The notes under the pieces are model-generated. The model was given only the letters and a program-made list of their open reading frames with translations, made no database searches and was not told the DNA's origin. Both the position numbers and the translations under genes were made by a program. This document shows positions 48,199 to 58,776 of a stretch of 64,000 bases of DNA, piece after piece. Source of the DNA: an uncultured virus (IMG/VR IMGVR_UViG_3300032038_000054) (taxonomy: Duplodnaviria; Heunggongvirae; Uroviricota; Caudoviricetes); the IMG/VR virus record IMGVR_UViG_3300032038_000054. One strand, 5' to 3'. The number at the start of each line of letters is the position of its first letter. Positions within the stretch are counted from its first letter, which is position 1.

Positions 48199-48280
48199 TG
48201 GCTAATCCTTTACTTATTGGCTCTTGTCGTTTATATCCCCATAGCTAAAGCTAGGGGTTTGCGCTCGTCTTGATACAACT

Positions 48281-48309
48281 ATCATATCGCAAAGTGCTTT
48301 AAATGTCAA
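48281..48309 (-). promoter_or_regulatory. Near-consensus sigma-A promoter heading the early/middle block
   Basis: TTGACA-17 nt-TATGAT. Confidence 0.8.
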
Positions 48310-48352
48310 TACTTTTTACAAAAATGTATTTATTTTGCACACATATAAAAAC

Positions 48353-48380
48353 AAAAAAGTCGAGCAACTGCCCGACTTTT
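48353..48380 (-). terminator. Intrinsic terminator ending the head/tail block
   Basis: Minus strand AAAAGTCGGGCA-GT-TGCTCGACTTTTTT. Confidence 0.8.
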
Positions 48381-48387
48381 CCACAAT

Positions 48388-48777
48388 TCAATCATCAATA
48401 ATTCCACAATCAATAATATTCATTTTACATGAACGATAGTATTGGAAATCTCCATTAGAATTAATGTAATAAGGTTCGCATGTTCTATCGCCGCAATAAC
48501 ACAGATGAGTACAATAGCCTCCGTTTACAACATCTGGAAAAGTAGCATGAAACTTAAAGTCTTTGACTAAGTTCAGTATATTTTTCCATTGTTCTTTAGT
48601 AAGCCATCGCCATTCCATGTTGTCGAGTTTATAAATATCTCTTCCTACACGCTCTCCAACCATTTCTCCTAACGCATTTCTTCCGCTATTTACGTTCGTT
48701 GAAACTGTTTCCGACAATCCTCTAATGGGAACTGGTAAAGAAGTTCCGTTAATCGTTAAAAGTGCCATATCAATCAC
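48388..48777 (-). CDS. Distal tail (Dit)-like protein
   Basis: Follows the tape measure gene; SGRNALGEMVGERVG...YCGDR motif. Confidence 0.7.
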   Translation of the reverse strand: MIDMALLTINGTSLPVPIRGLSETVSTNVNSGRNALGEMVGERVGRDIYKLDNMEWRWLTKEQWKNILNLVKDFKFHATFPDVVNGGYCTHLCYCGDRTCEPYYINSNGDFQYYRSCKMNIIDCGIIDD

Positions 48778-48838
48778 CTCTTATTTGGAGAGCCGACTTA
48801 CGCCGACTCTCCTTGATAAATAGTATCGTGGTTCATAC

Positions 48839-51800
48839 TTAGTCTACAAATCTATTGCCAAGTCCTTTTTGTCCTCTATTATTAGCTTCTGCAATCTGCC
48901 TATCTCCTATCTGCACATTAACATCTTTATTGTTAATTGTATCAGCTAAGATATTAGTCTGATTTTCAATAGCATTCTTAATAGATTCATTAGCCATCGA
49001 CACACCATTCGCTACTGCGGTTACTATCTGTTCATTATTTGCAACAGCCGCCTTATTTCCGAAGCTTCCAACAAATTCGGGCTTTCCGTTTTCTCGTGCG
49101 ACAAATAACTCGCCTGTGTTGGGAATACCGCCCATCTGGAAACCTCTCACAAGGTATGAATTTTTATACCAGTTTTCAAAATCCGATTTAGTTCCTCGTG
49201 CTTGTCTACCTCCCACAGTAAAAAAGAAGTCATTAAACTCCCATGAGGGGTCATTGTAAAACTTTGATATGTCGTATGCTCCGCCGTGACCACTTACTAC
49301 GCCATACATATTAAACGAATGATATGCGCCTGTGTCTTTGTTACGGAGTCTAACTTCAGTTCCATATCCTGTTTTTAATGCTTCAAGTTCCTTAACAGCT
49401 TCTCTTGGTATATTCCCAAGCTTAACATTATACTTATTCAAAACCTCAAGGTACTTATTAAGAGCGTCCGTTACATCGCTAGGAATATATTGGGAAGTTG
49501 CATTATTGTTTGTCTTTTTCTTTAAATCGTTTGGAGAGTTTTCATTTATTCCGTAAGTGCTTCTTATAAATGCCTTTATCTTTTCAATAGATTCAGCATC
49601 GTTTATAGCATCTTTTGCACTTGCAGAATTGCCTGTGCCATTACCTTTTTTGAAGAAAGTGATAGCGCTTCCGCTATTATCCTTCGAGCTTTGAATAACG
49701 GTTGCAAGTTCTTCTTTTGAGAGTGAAGATATAGGTCTTACACTTCCATTAATACCTATTCTTGCATCCTTTAAATCTCCAAGGCTATTCATTAAGGACT
49801 TATCAGCTAACTTCTGTAACTCTTTTACGTTAAATTCGTAAGGAGAAGCATCAGTGTAACCCCTATTCGTCATTAATGAGTTGTAGTAGCTCTCAGCTTG
49901 TTTTTTCTGCTCATCAGTTCCATGCGATTTAATAGAATCATAAAGCGCCTTTCCTGTTGAACGCAAGCTTTCAACTTTTGCATTAGCCTCTTTAGAAGCT
50001 TTATCGAAAGCCTCACCAGATGTTACCGCCTTTCCGTTAGAATCCAGAACTGTCGGATATACAGCAGGAGTATTTTTGTTGTTTTCTTCTCTCTTGGCTT
50101 CGCTTTTCTTCTTTGCTTCCTCTTGTTCTTTTTGCTTTTTCTCCTCAAGCTCTTTCTTCCGCTTCTCTTCAAGCTCTTTCTGCTTCTCATAAGACGTTGC
50201 TCTTATTGTTCCATCAGAGTTATACAAAATGCCATCTTCTTCATATGTTCCCTTTGGCATTATTGCGCCCCATGAAGTTTTTTGAGATTCTTCCTTTTCT
50301 TTCTTAGTGCTATCGGATGCATTTCCGTTTGAAGAACCAGATGAATCTCCGCTAGACGAACCACCCGAATGTTTGTCTTCATGGTCTTGCGTAGAGCCGC
50401 CCGAACTTCCGCCAGATGAGCCTCCCGAAGAACCACCGCTAACAGTATTGTTTGTGCCGTTAGTAGAAGGATTCTTACTTGTTCCACCAGTAGAAGGAGT
50501 CTTAGCTGTTCCGCCAGTAGAGGATGAACTTGAGCCGCCATTAGAACCCCATCTGTCCTTCAAGAAATCAAGTACACTGCGTCTATCTCTTGAGTCAATC
50601 CTTGTTCCATTGCTATCAGTTATAGGGAACTCTCCGTCAGCAATTCTTCTTCTAAGAGCTATAGGCAAATCATCTGTAAGTCTTACAAGTTGACCGTCAA
50701 CCATGGCAAACAGACCGACTTTTCCGTAGTTTGTATAAAGGAAAATATCTTTGCCGTTATTCGCTGTAACAGTTCCATTTCCGTCAGAAGCAACACTTCC
50801 CGTCTTTCCTCCTGTTGATGAAGAACCACTAGAAGAACCGCTTGAAGAACCGCTTGATTTTCCAGTTGACGAGCTATTTGAAGAACCGCCTGTCGAAGAA
50901 TTACCGCTATCCCTCTTAGCTCCCGCTACCGCAGGATTATCCTTATTTCCACATCCGTTGCAATTGCAACAACATGTGCATTCGCACTTAATGTTACCAA
51001 GTTTATTTATCAATGCGTTTATAGCATCTATAAGCCTTGATGTAGCATTGTTCCAAGAATCTGTCGTTGCATGCGCCTCAAAAGTAATAACTCCATCAAG
51101 CTTCTCGTTGAGCTTCGCAAAGATTTCATCAATCTTAGCTTTTGCTCTATCAGCCCAACGAACAAGATAATCATAAGCATTATCCAACTCGTTTTGGAAT
51201 CCCGATGCAACGCCTGTAAGTATATTAGGTGCTTTAAACGATTCAAGAGCTTGTTTAATCCTGTCAAGCCAAGCCTTTACTAAATCAAGGACTTTTGCCA
51301 TTTCTTGATTAACATTGTCCGAAATACCCTTGAAGAGTTTTATATTATTCAGCTTTTCAAATTCTAACTGAATCCAAGCTACATAATATCTGACAATATC
51401 AAGAACTTTAGACAACTCCTTGTCGGCTTTTTCACTGAGTCCGTTAAGGAAATTATCAGCAATACCGTTTAATATTCCTTCTACAGTATCTCTGAATTTT
51501 CTTATTCCTTTTTCAACGCGCACGAGGAAGCTACTAATCATGTTGCCTAACTTATTCAAGCGTTTTCTAGCATCAGACATTGAGCTGTTTCCAAGAAACA
51601 TATCGGCAAAAGTACCAGTATTCTGAGAAGAAATGGTACTTGTTGTGCTAGCAGTTGTACTGATAGATGAGTTTCCTGTTACGCCCTTTTTAGGATTGCC
51701 CCATTTCTTTTTTAGTTCCTTAATCAATTTATCCTTAGCTGTATTATCTAAAGCATCGTTTTTTACAACTAGGTCAATATTTCTTGAAAGGATTTTCCAT

Positions 51801-54800
51801 TTCAAATCATCACTAAGACCATCGGTAATAGCATAATCTTTGCCATCTACTCTTATATATACATCTTGTACAGCGCCAGACATTGTTCTTGCTTTATAAG
51901 TATTTGTATCAGAGTCAGTATAAATAGGCGGTTCTTCTTTTGTCGAAAGAGTTGTGCTAGACGATGCCTTGAAATTACTTGCAAAATCGCTATTCCTCAA
52001 CGCTTCGTAATATTTCGCATCACCGTAATCACTATCATCATAAGACGTTCCACCAATCACAAAAGGATTGAATATCGTAGAAGTCGATGATGTTGAAGCA
52101 TTAATTTTGATATCTTTCAACTCTTTAGCAATTGCACGTCCAATAATCTCTCCGAAATGCGCCCAATCTATATCTTCGAGAACATCTCTGAATGCACGAG
52201 CCATTGTTCTTCCGAAGTTTTCCCAGTCGTAAGCACCGCCAAAGCCAGTAGCTATAAGCCATCCTGCGTCTCTCCAATTGACATTTTTATTAAATGCCGC
52301 GGCGAGTTGCGCTCCTGCATCTGAGTAGTTTGAATTAGCTTTGAAATTTTCAGCAAACTTCTTCCAATCGTAAGCATCGAAAAAGATATTTAATGCTTCT
52401 ACTATTACATCTCGTAATCTATCATAATCTACGCCGCCGAATTGAGTAAGAGTACCACCGCCTACAGTCAAACCACCACCACCTGCGTAGGTCTCCTCCA
52501 TTTTCTTCGAGCCTTCAATAACACCATCAGAGTTAAAATCAACCTCTTTTACATGAAGCCTATCTGCAAATATGTCTTCAACGAGAAGGATTTTTGACGT
52601 GATTTCATCGGTGTTTATGTAAGATGCAGTAATTGTTCCGAGCTTGGGGTCTTTAAGCGTAATAGGAACTTTCTTGTCTTTGTTGAAAAGGTCTTCCCAA
52701 GTTTTCGCATAAGAATCATCCATCTCTGGCGTAACATCCACGGGAACAGAATACTTATCTTTCGATTTCTTTCCGCTAAAGAAATCTTTAATCTTCTTGC
52801 CAAAATCCTCAATTTTTTTCTTAATCTTACCGAAGAACGACTCTAAGCCATTATCAAGCCCTTTAGGTTCAACATCATCAAAAGCATTTGAGAAATCAAA
52901 TTTCTCTTTAAAGGCTTTTTTGAGAAGTGATACTATCCACCCACCTAATAACATAGCAACGCCAACAAAGGGATTCGTTGCAATCATATATCCTGTCAAC
53001 AAAGCATATAATATTGTCGCAACTTTTTCCAATATAGTTGGAATGTAATCTCGTATAGCTTTTGCAATTTCGGTTGCTAATCCGTCAAGGTCATTCAATA
53101 CAGCTTTCGACATAGCTGCTTTTTCTGACATTGACATTAGAAGTAGTCTTATTGATATACCTATTAGCATCCCTTTTAGTTTGCCAAGATTAAGTCTTTC
53201 GACTATTTTCATAATCTGGCGGTGAATATCGCTTGTTTCATCCCAGAAAGAATCGACAATCGCTACAATGCTGTCTATGATAGTATTCAACGATTCAACT
53301 ATTGTTTCCTCATTGTTCTTTAAAAACGCAACGAACCTATCTGAAAACTGTTTCATTGCTTTGTCTGCATCATCAGCTACACCACCAAAGAAAGAAGCCG
53401 CTCCTGTTACTATTCCAAGTAAAGTTTCTTCGATAATATCAGCAAGATTTGCGAAAGTATTGCGGTTAACCAGACCTTTCAGCGTATCTTCTATCGTGGT
53501 ACTGAATGCGCCGAATGCATCCTGTATCATCTTTCTGATGTTGTTTTTATTAGCGAATATTTTATCTATCGCATCAGCAACACCCGTTGATATCTGCTTT
53601 GCTAAATCGCCCCATTTAATTCCCTTAAGAGCAATATCTACTGCCACAACAAGGTCTACAACAACTTGCCCTACGTTGGCAATGGTATTTCTTAATGCTC
53701 CGCTGTTTATAGCGCTGTTTACAAGGTCTTTAACCCTTTTCGCAAGAGCATTAAGGTCTATGTCTAATACAGGCTCAATAAACTTAATAACTACATTAAT
53801 TGCCTTGTTTAAAGTAACGCTAGTGTTATTCCAGAACCTATCATTATTAAGGAAACCGTTTATTGTATCAACCGCATTCTTTGAAAAATCATTGACGTTT
53901 CGCTCTATTGCATTCCAATCAATGTGTTCCATGGTTATGCTTAAATGCTCAGCTAACCACTTTCCGAGATTAAAGTCGGCAGGAAGTGAATCGAAAATTC
54001 CTCTCAATGCACTTGATACTTTATTAACTACATCGGCGGGGAATTTGAAAACTTCATCCCAGTTAATCGCATTCAAGCCCTTTTGGATTGCGCCCTGTAT
54101 TGCGCTTCCAATGTCATAAGCCTTTATGTCATTAACAACCTTGTGCAGTCCTTCAAAAATAGTATTTCCGAATTTTGCAATGCTTGTGGTTACTTTTGAT
54201 AAGAATGCTTCGTCAGCAAACACTCCGTTGATAACATCGGCAATATTTGAAGCCCATCCCTTTACACCTTGTCTAAATGTAGCCCAATCAATATCAAGCG
54301 CTCTTGTTATCGCATTCTTGAGATTTTCAGTGAGACTACTAAAGTCTATTCTGCTAAAATCAGAGAAAGCGTTTATAAATATGTCATTTATGATATGCTT
54401 GATGGTATTGCCAATATCGTTCCAAAGGCGAGTATCTCTAGCCCACTGATTAACAGCATCGGTAATGCCTTTTGTCCATCCGTCAACTGCATGTCTTACT
54501 TGAGACCAATTAATTCCTTCAAGAGCTGTTTTAATAGCAAGTGCTACTGAATCAGCCATATTTTTGAAATTAAAGCTCCATGCAAATGTATCAAGATAAG
54601 CTACAATAACATCATTAATAACATGAGCTACTGTACTTCCTATATCTTTCCAGAGCTGTTTATCTGCAAAGATTTCATTCCACATGTTTGCCAAACCTTT
54701 GGCAAGTGTAACAACTGTATCTCTTATGAGCGCCCAATCAATAGTTTCAAGCGCACCCTTTAAGAACGTTGTAATTGCCTGTCCAAGAGCTTTCCAGTCA

Positions 54801-57800
54801 AGGTCATGTACTGCTTCGTTGATTATAGCAAAGAGATAGTTTACTATTTCGCCTACTGTTTTTCCGAGCATAGCCCAAAATTCTTTATCTCTAAGGACTG
54901 TATTAACTATCTCAAATAATCTCTTTACGAAATTCCTAGCCTTTTCCTGTAAAGCATTCCAGTCAATATCACGAAGCTTATCTTTCATCCAATCAAGAAT
55001 ATCTTGAACTTGAACCTTTATACCGTCAAACGTACCATCAATAGGCACTTTTTCAAACATATCTTCTGGAAGAATGCCTTGTTTGTTGTCCTTGTTGTCG
55101 TTTAATATATTAAGTTCATCAAGTCCGTTAGTGAGATTCTTGACCTTTTTGTTAGCATCCTCTACATTCTGTCCGTAATCTTCAAAGAACTTATTCGCCC
55201 TTAAGTAATAAGGCTGTCCTGTAAGAATAGCCATGAATTTAGAGATGTTTTCTGCAACGCCAGTAAGCATTGTGAGGAAATTCTCTACAGGTGAAGCTAT
55301 TGCATTAATCAAAGGCTCAAAGATAGCTATTGTTTGATTTGCAAGTCTTCTCAAAGCTGAGAAAATGATTGAAACATTGTAATTGAGTTGCAACATTTCG
55401 TCATTTGCATTTTTTTCAAACAAAACCATATCTTCAAATGCTTGCTTCATTGCGTTTAAGAAAGCGGTAATCGACTTTCTCATCAGCATTCTTGTAAGCA
55501 TTGAGAAGTATCTTGTTATGGATTTAATAGCACCTTTTAAGATGTGAGTTTGCTTAATAACCTTAGATAACTGGAAATTACTCGAAGCAAGGGTTTTTAC
55601 AAAGCTAGGAGAAACAGCTAAAAGAAGTGCCTTCATTCCCTTTATAGCGGGCGCAAAAGCGTTGCCAACCTTGCCAAAGATTGAAACAATAGTCTTTCCA
55701 AAATCGCCAATCTTACGCAAGGCGCTTACGACTATCTCCGCACCGCTACGTACAATAGACACAGCCTTGTTCACTGCTCCTGCAACGGCATTAAATGCTC
55801 CCACTACAGATGAAAGCATATTCTTTGCAAACTGCATGAGGCTTTGTGTAAACTTTACAATTGAATCACGAAGCTCAGTTATGATTTTATAGTAAGTTTT
55901 GAAGATTGCTATAACAACACCCGCAACTGCGGCAACAGCACCCAAAGCAGTTGCAACAGAACCAAGCGTTCCTGCCAACTCTGACAGCCCCGCAAGCTTT
56001 CCTGCATCCATAGCAATTTCTCCGCTTTGGACTCCTTTTCCGAACAGAGTTGAAAGTTTACCGACAGACTTGCTTATATCACCTTTTCCGCCAGACAACA
56101 TTTGTCCAAACTGAGTGAATCCTTTGCCTATGCTATTGCGAGTTTCCTGCTCAATTTTTTCGCTTGCTTTGCTTGCTCTTTCAAGTTCGTCAGCAAAAGC
56201 CGCGGCTCTAGCACTAGCGTCTTGAAGAGTCTCTGGCATTGCGTCAAGGTCTTCTTGTGCTTTTCTTATCTCTTCTTCGATTTCAACCATTCTGTCTTTA
56301 ATGGCTTGGAATCCTCTTCCCATTCGAGATGAGCTATCTGCACCCTCGCCATTATTAAACTTCTTCATAATCGAAGCATATCTTTCATATTCTTCTTTAA
56401 GATTACGAATGTATTTTAATCCTTCGTTTTCATTGTTGAAACGAGGTGCTTTCTCAATAGCTACATGCAATTGTTCAATTATGGTTCTTAATTGATTAGC
56501 TTCTGCGCTTGCTGTAGCCCACTTACTAACTTGAGTCTGGAATACAGAAGAATCTTTATAATTCTGTTTTGTAGCCACAGTCGTTTGCATTTTAGCGTAT
56601 TCTTCTGCAATGGTTTTTAAACGCTGTTGTAACATGCGCTCAGCTTCCGCAAGGCTTCTTTCAAGCTGTCTAAGAGGCGCACTGGTATCAAACATTGAAG
56701 AAATATCAATGTCTTTAATGTTTTGCTTTAAGTGGTTGGCAAAATCATCCCATGTTCTGTTAGCTGATGTTACTACTTTCTGGAATGTCGCAACGCCACT
56801 GCCGTCTAGTTTAATGCTAATCTTATTATTGCTTCCCTGTATACTTCCAAGAGAATTTAAAATCTTCGCCAATGCATCAGCTATAAGATTGAGCTTGCTA
56901 GGGTCTGCTTCTTGCAATCTATCAAGCGCTCTTGTAACAGAACCGAGGTCTTTAAGAGCCTCAATCTTGCCGTCGGGGATAACATTAAGAGTGTCAAACA
57001 ATCTTTCTAGCACAAGTTCCAAGCCGTTAAGATTGCTTACATTCATCTTCATCAAGCCTTTAAGGTTATTAACCATAATCTTAAAGTTATTTAATCCTTG
57101 CCCCATACCGCTGAGCTTTGTAAGCGCTTCGCCTATAACAAGTATAGGTTCAACATTTACGCTATCATTACCCATTATATGAAGCCATGATGATAATGAT
57201 TTTAAGCCTTCTGCAAGATTTTGGATGTTCTGAATACCATCTAATCCCTTGAAAGATTCAAGAGATTTACCAAGCTGAGAAATCACATTGTTTTCGGGAA
57301 GAGAAACACTTGTATCTTTCGCAAGGTTAATGATATCTCTTAATGCGTAGAACACATAAGAGAATTTATCCATATTAGTAGGAAGCGCATCATAGAAAGC
57401 TTTTATTTGCGTTCCTAAAATAGTAAGCACATTGTTTTTCTCGTCAAAGTCTGTGTATTTAAGAGCATTAAGAATAGAAGCGACAGGCTGTGCAAGCGCT
57501 CCGATTTTTTCAAATTTCTGTAATGCACTCTCGATTGAACTATCGCTAGAAAGAGCCTTTAAATAATCAAGTAATTGAGTAAGACCTTTTGTCTGCAAGT
57601 CTCTTCCATTAAGCATATCTAAGGCACTTATTAAAGAGCCAAGACCTTGACCTAATCCTCCAACATTCTTGTAGGAATCATTCAAGTGCTTAAATTTTTC
57701 AAGCGTTTCAAAAAGATTACTATTCTTTATAGGTTTTAAAGAATCGTCTAAATCCGTTGTTATAGCTTCTATAGATTCACGAACATTATAGAACCCTCTA

Positions 57801-58702
57801 TCTGCTTCTTGGAAACCACTAACAAGCTTATCCATTGTGTCTTGCACAGTAGATGAGGTTGAGCCGAGCGTCTGAAATGTTTTTGTGAGAATTTGAAGCG
57901 TAGCGACTGTTCTTTCAGAACTGCCCGCAATATCCTTATCTCCAAACTTTTTCAGTTCGTTTGCTATTGCGCCAATAGCCCCTACATCAACGTTTTTAGT
58001 GTCTTTCAAGGCATCTGTGAGATTTGCAATGCCTTGTGTGGCTTGTCCTACAAATCCCCACTTGCGTCCATTCATTGTGTCTGTAAACGCATTTAGAGCC
58101 TGTCCAAGGCCTTTGATGTAAGAGAAATCTTTAACATCATTCTTCTTGAAAGACTCTGTTGCCTTGCTTAAATTAAGCAAGCCTAGTGCTACATCGTTTA
58201 TACTTTTTACATTGTCATCAAGTCCGTTAAATGTATGAAGTGCTTCGCCAAGCTTTTTAATGTTTCTTATGCCAGTAGTAGCATCTTTTTCTACCTTAGA
58301 AAGCTTCTCAAGCACATCAACCATTTTGCTGATTCCGCCTATTACGTCATTTATACCCTTAAGGTTTACACCTACATTGGTAAAAGATTGCAAGGCTTTA
58401 CCAAGCGAATCAAGCTGTTTGATGGTTTTATTTGCGTCTTTCGTAAACTCTGCAAGACCGCCTAACGCACCCTTAAGCTTTTCAATATCCTTGACGGTTT
58501 TATCAGCGTTCGACTTGCCTTTTCCATAATTATTGAGCTGAGCAAGCGCTGATGACATTTTGTCTAAAGAAACTGCGCCTTTTGATGCATTTGCTGAAAA
58601 CTGCGAGAGTTTGCTTAGCGCACTTATGGCACTGTCAATACCATTTAGGTCGCCACATTCGGAGTCTACTTTAATGAGTAAATCTTCTAATTCTTGCGCC
58701 AT
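48839..58702 (-). CDS. Tape measure protein (3287 aa) with a large non-repetitive insert
   Basis: Helical repeats with periodic IDW/INW; C-terminal GGIPNTGELFVARENG.PEFVG...VANNEQI; position after the chaperones. Confidence 0.9.
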   Translation of the reverse strand: MAQELEDLLIKVDSECGDLNGIDSAISALSKLSQFSANASKGAVSLDKMSSALAQLNNYGKGKSNADKTVKDIEKLKGALGGLAEFTKDANKTIKQLDSLGKALQSFTNVGVNLKGINDVIGGISKMVDVLEKLSKVEKDATTGIRNIKKLGEALHTFNGLDDNVKSINDVALGLLNLSKATESFKKNDVKDFSYIKGLGQALNAFTDTMNGRKWGFVGQATQGIANLTDALKDTKNVDVGAIGAIANELKKFGDKDIAGSSERTVATLQILTKTFQTLGSTSSTVQDTMDKLVSGFQEADRGFYNVRESIEAITTDLDDSLKPIKNSNLFETLEKFKHLNDSYKNVGGLGQGLGSLISALDMLNGRDLQTKGLTQLLDYLKALSSDSSIESALQKFEKIGALAQPVASILNALKYTDFDEKNNVLTILGTQIKAFYDALPTNMDKFSYVFYALRDIINLAKDTSVSLPENNVISQLGKSLESFKGLDGIQNIQNLAEGLKSLSSWLHIMGNDSVNVEPILVIGEALTKLSGMGQGLNNFKIMVNNLKGLMKMNVSNLNGLELVLERLFDTLNVIPDGKIEALKDLGSVTRALDRLQEADPSKLNLIADALAKILNSLGSIQGSNNKISIKLDGSGVATFQKVVTSANRTWDDFANHLKQNIKDIDISSMFDTSAPLRQLERSLAEAERMLQQRLKTIAEEYAKMQTTVATKQNYKDSSVFQTQVSKWATASAEANQLRTIIEQLHVAIEKAPRFNNENEGLKYIRNLKEEYERYASIMKKFNNGEGADSSSRMGRGFQAIKDRMVEIEEEIRKAQEDLDAMPETLQDASARAAAFADELERASKASEKIEQETRNSIGKGFTQFGQMLSGGKGDISKSVGKLSTLFGKGVQSGEIAMDAGKLAGLSELAGTLGSVATALGAVAAVAGVVIAIFKTYYKIITELRDSIVKFTQSLMQFAKNMLSSVVGAFNAVAGAVNKAVSIVRSGAEIVVSALRKIGDFGKTIVSIFGKVGNAFAPAIKGMKALLLAVSPSFVKTLASSNFQLSKVIKQTHILKGAIKSITRYFSMLTRMLMRKSITAFLNAMKQAFEDMVLFEKNANDEMLQLNYNVSIIFSALRRLANQTIAIFEPLINAIASPVENFLTMLTGVAENISKFMAILTGQPYYLRANKFFEDYGQNVEDANKKVKNLTNGLDELNILNDNKDNKQGILPEDMFEKVPIDGTFDGIKVQVQDILDWMKDKLRDIDWNALQEKARNFVKRLFEIVNTVLRDKEFWAMLGKTVGEIVNYLFAIINEAVHDLDWKALGQAITTFLKGALETIDWALIRDTVVTLAKGLANMWNEIFADKQLWKDIGSTVAHVINDVIVAYLDTFAWSFNFKNMADSVALAIKTALEGINWSQVRHAVDGWTKGITDAVNQWARDTRLWNDIGNTIKHIINDIFINAFSDFSRIDFSSLTENLKNAITRALDIDWATFRQGVKGWASNIADVINGVFADEAFLSKVTTSIAKFGNTIFEGLHKVVNDIKAYDIGSAIQGAIQKGLNAINWDEVFKFPADVVNKVSSALRGIFDSLPADFNLGKWLAEHLSITMEHIDWNAIERNVNDFSKNAVDTINGFLNNDRFWNNTSVTLNKAINVVIKFIEPVLDIDLNALAKRVKDLVNSAINSGALRNTIANVGQVVVDLVVAVDIALKGIKWGDLAKQISTGVADAIDKIFANKNNIRKMIQDAFGAFSTTIEDTLKGLVNRNTFANLADIIEETLLGIVTGAASFFGGVADDADKAMKQFSDRFVAFLKNNEETIVESLNTIIDSIVAIVDSFWDETSDIHRQIMKIVERLNLGKLKGMLIGISIRLLLMSMSEKAAMSKAVLNDLDGLATEIAKAIRDYIPTILEKVATILYALLTGYMIATNPFVGVAMLLGGWIVSLLKKAFKEKFDFSNAFDDVEPKGLDNGLESFFGKIKKKIEDFGKKIKDFFSGKKSKDKYSVPVDVTPEMDDSYAKTWEDLFNKDKKVPITLKDPKLGTITASYINTDEITSKILLVEDIFADRLHVKEVDFNSDGVIEGSKKMEETYAGGGGLTVGGGTLTQFGGVDYDRLRDVIVEALNIFFDAYDWKKFAENFKANSNYSDAGAQLAAAFNKNVNWRDAGWLIATGFGGAYDWENFGRTMARAFRDVLEDIDWAHFGEIIGRAIAKELKDIKINASTSSTSTIFNPFVIGGTSYDDSDYGDAKYYEALRNSDFASNFKASSSTTLSTKEEPPIYTDSDTNTYKARTMSGAVQDVYIRVDGKDYAITDGLSDDLKWKILSRNIDLVVKNDALDNTAKDKLIKELKKKWGNPKKGVTGNSSISTTASTTSTISSQNTGTFADMFLGNSSMSDARKRLNKLGNMISSFLVRVEKGIRKFRDTVEGILNGIADNFLNGLSEKADKELSKVLDIVRYYVAWIQLEFEKLNNIKLFKGISDNVNQEMAKVLDLVKAWLDRIKQALESFKAPNILTGVASGFQNELDNAYDYLVRWADRAKAKIDEIFAKLNEKLDGVITFEAHATTDSWNNATSRLIDAINALINKLGNIKCECTCCCNCNGCGNKDNPAVAGAKRDSGNSSTGGSSNSSSTGKSSGSSSGSSSGSSSTGGKTGSVASDGNGTVTANNGKDIFLYTNYGKVGLFAMVDGQLVRLTDDLPIALRRRIADGEFPITDSNGTRIDSRDRRSVLDFLKDRWGSNGGSSSSSTGGTAKTPSTGGTSKNPSTNGTNNTVSGGSSGGSSGGSSGGSTQDHEDKHSGGSSSGDSSGSSNGNASDSTKKEKEESQKTSWGAIMPKGTYEEDGILYNSDGTIRATSYEKQKELEEKRKKELEEKKQKEQEEAKKKSEAKREENNKNTPAVYPTVLDSNGKAVTSGEAFDKASKEANAKVESLRSTGKALYDSIKSHGTDEQKKQAESYYNSLMTNRGYTDASPYEFNVKELQKLADKSLMNSLGDLKDARIGINGSVRPISSLSKEELATVIQSSKDNSGSAITFFKKGNGTGNSASAKDAINDAESIEKIKAFIRSTYGINENSPNDLKKKTNNNATSQYIPSDVTDALNKYLEVLNKYNVKLGNIPREAVKELEALKTGYGTEVRLRNKDTGAYHSFNMYGVVSGHGGAYDISKFYNDPSWEFNDFFFTVGGRQARGTKSDFENWYKNSYLVRGFQMGGIPNTGELFVARENGKPEFVGSFGNKAAVANNEQIVTAVANGVSMANESIKNAIENQTNILADTINNKDVNVQIGDRQIAEANNRGQKGLGNRFVD

Positions 58703-58776
58703 ACCATTCTCCTTTATAACAAATTAAGGGATAGTGCTATAAGCACTATTTACTTATAGTCCACTATCCCTTGTTA

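Larger units (their letters stand above)
46976..48272 (-). mobile_element. Non-autonomous IS200/IS605-family element 3 (tnpB only)
   Basis: Left end after TGTAT with hairpin CCCCTAGCTTTAGCTATGGGG; right end TCCCCTGTCTTTAGGCATGGGGAGTGTCAA. Confidence 0.85.

Noticed and set aside
49332..58529. Plus-strand ORFs within the tape measure gene (and similar ones elsewhere)
   Set aside because: Antisense shadows with no recognisable motifs
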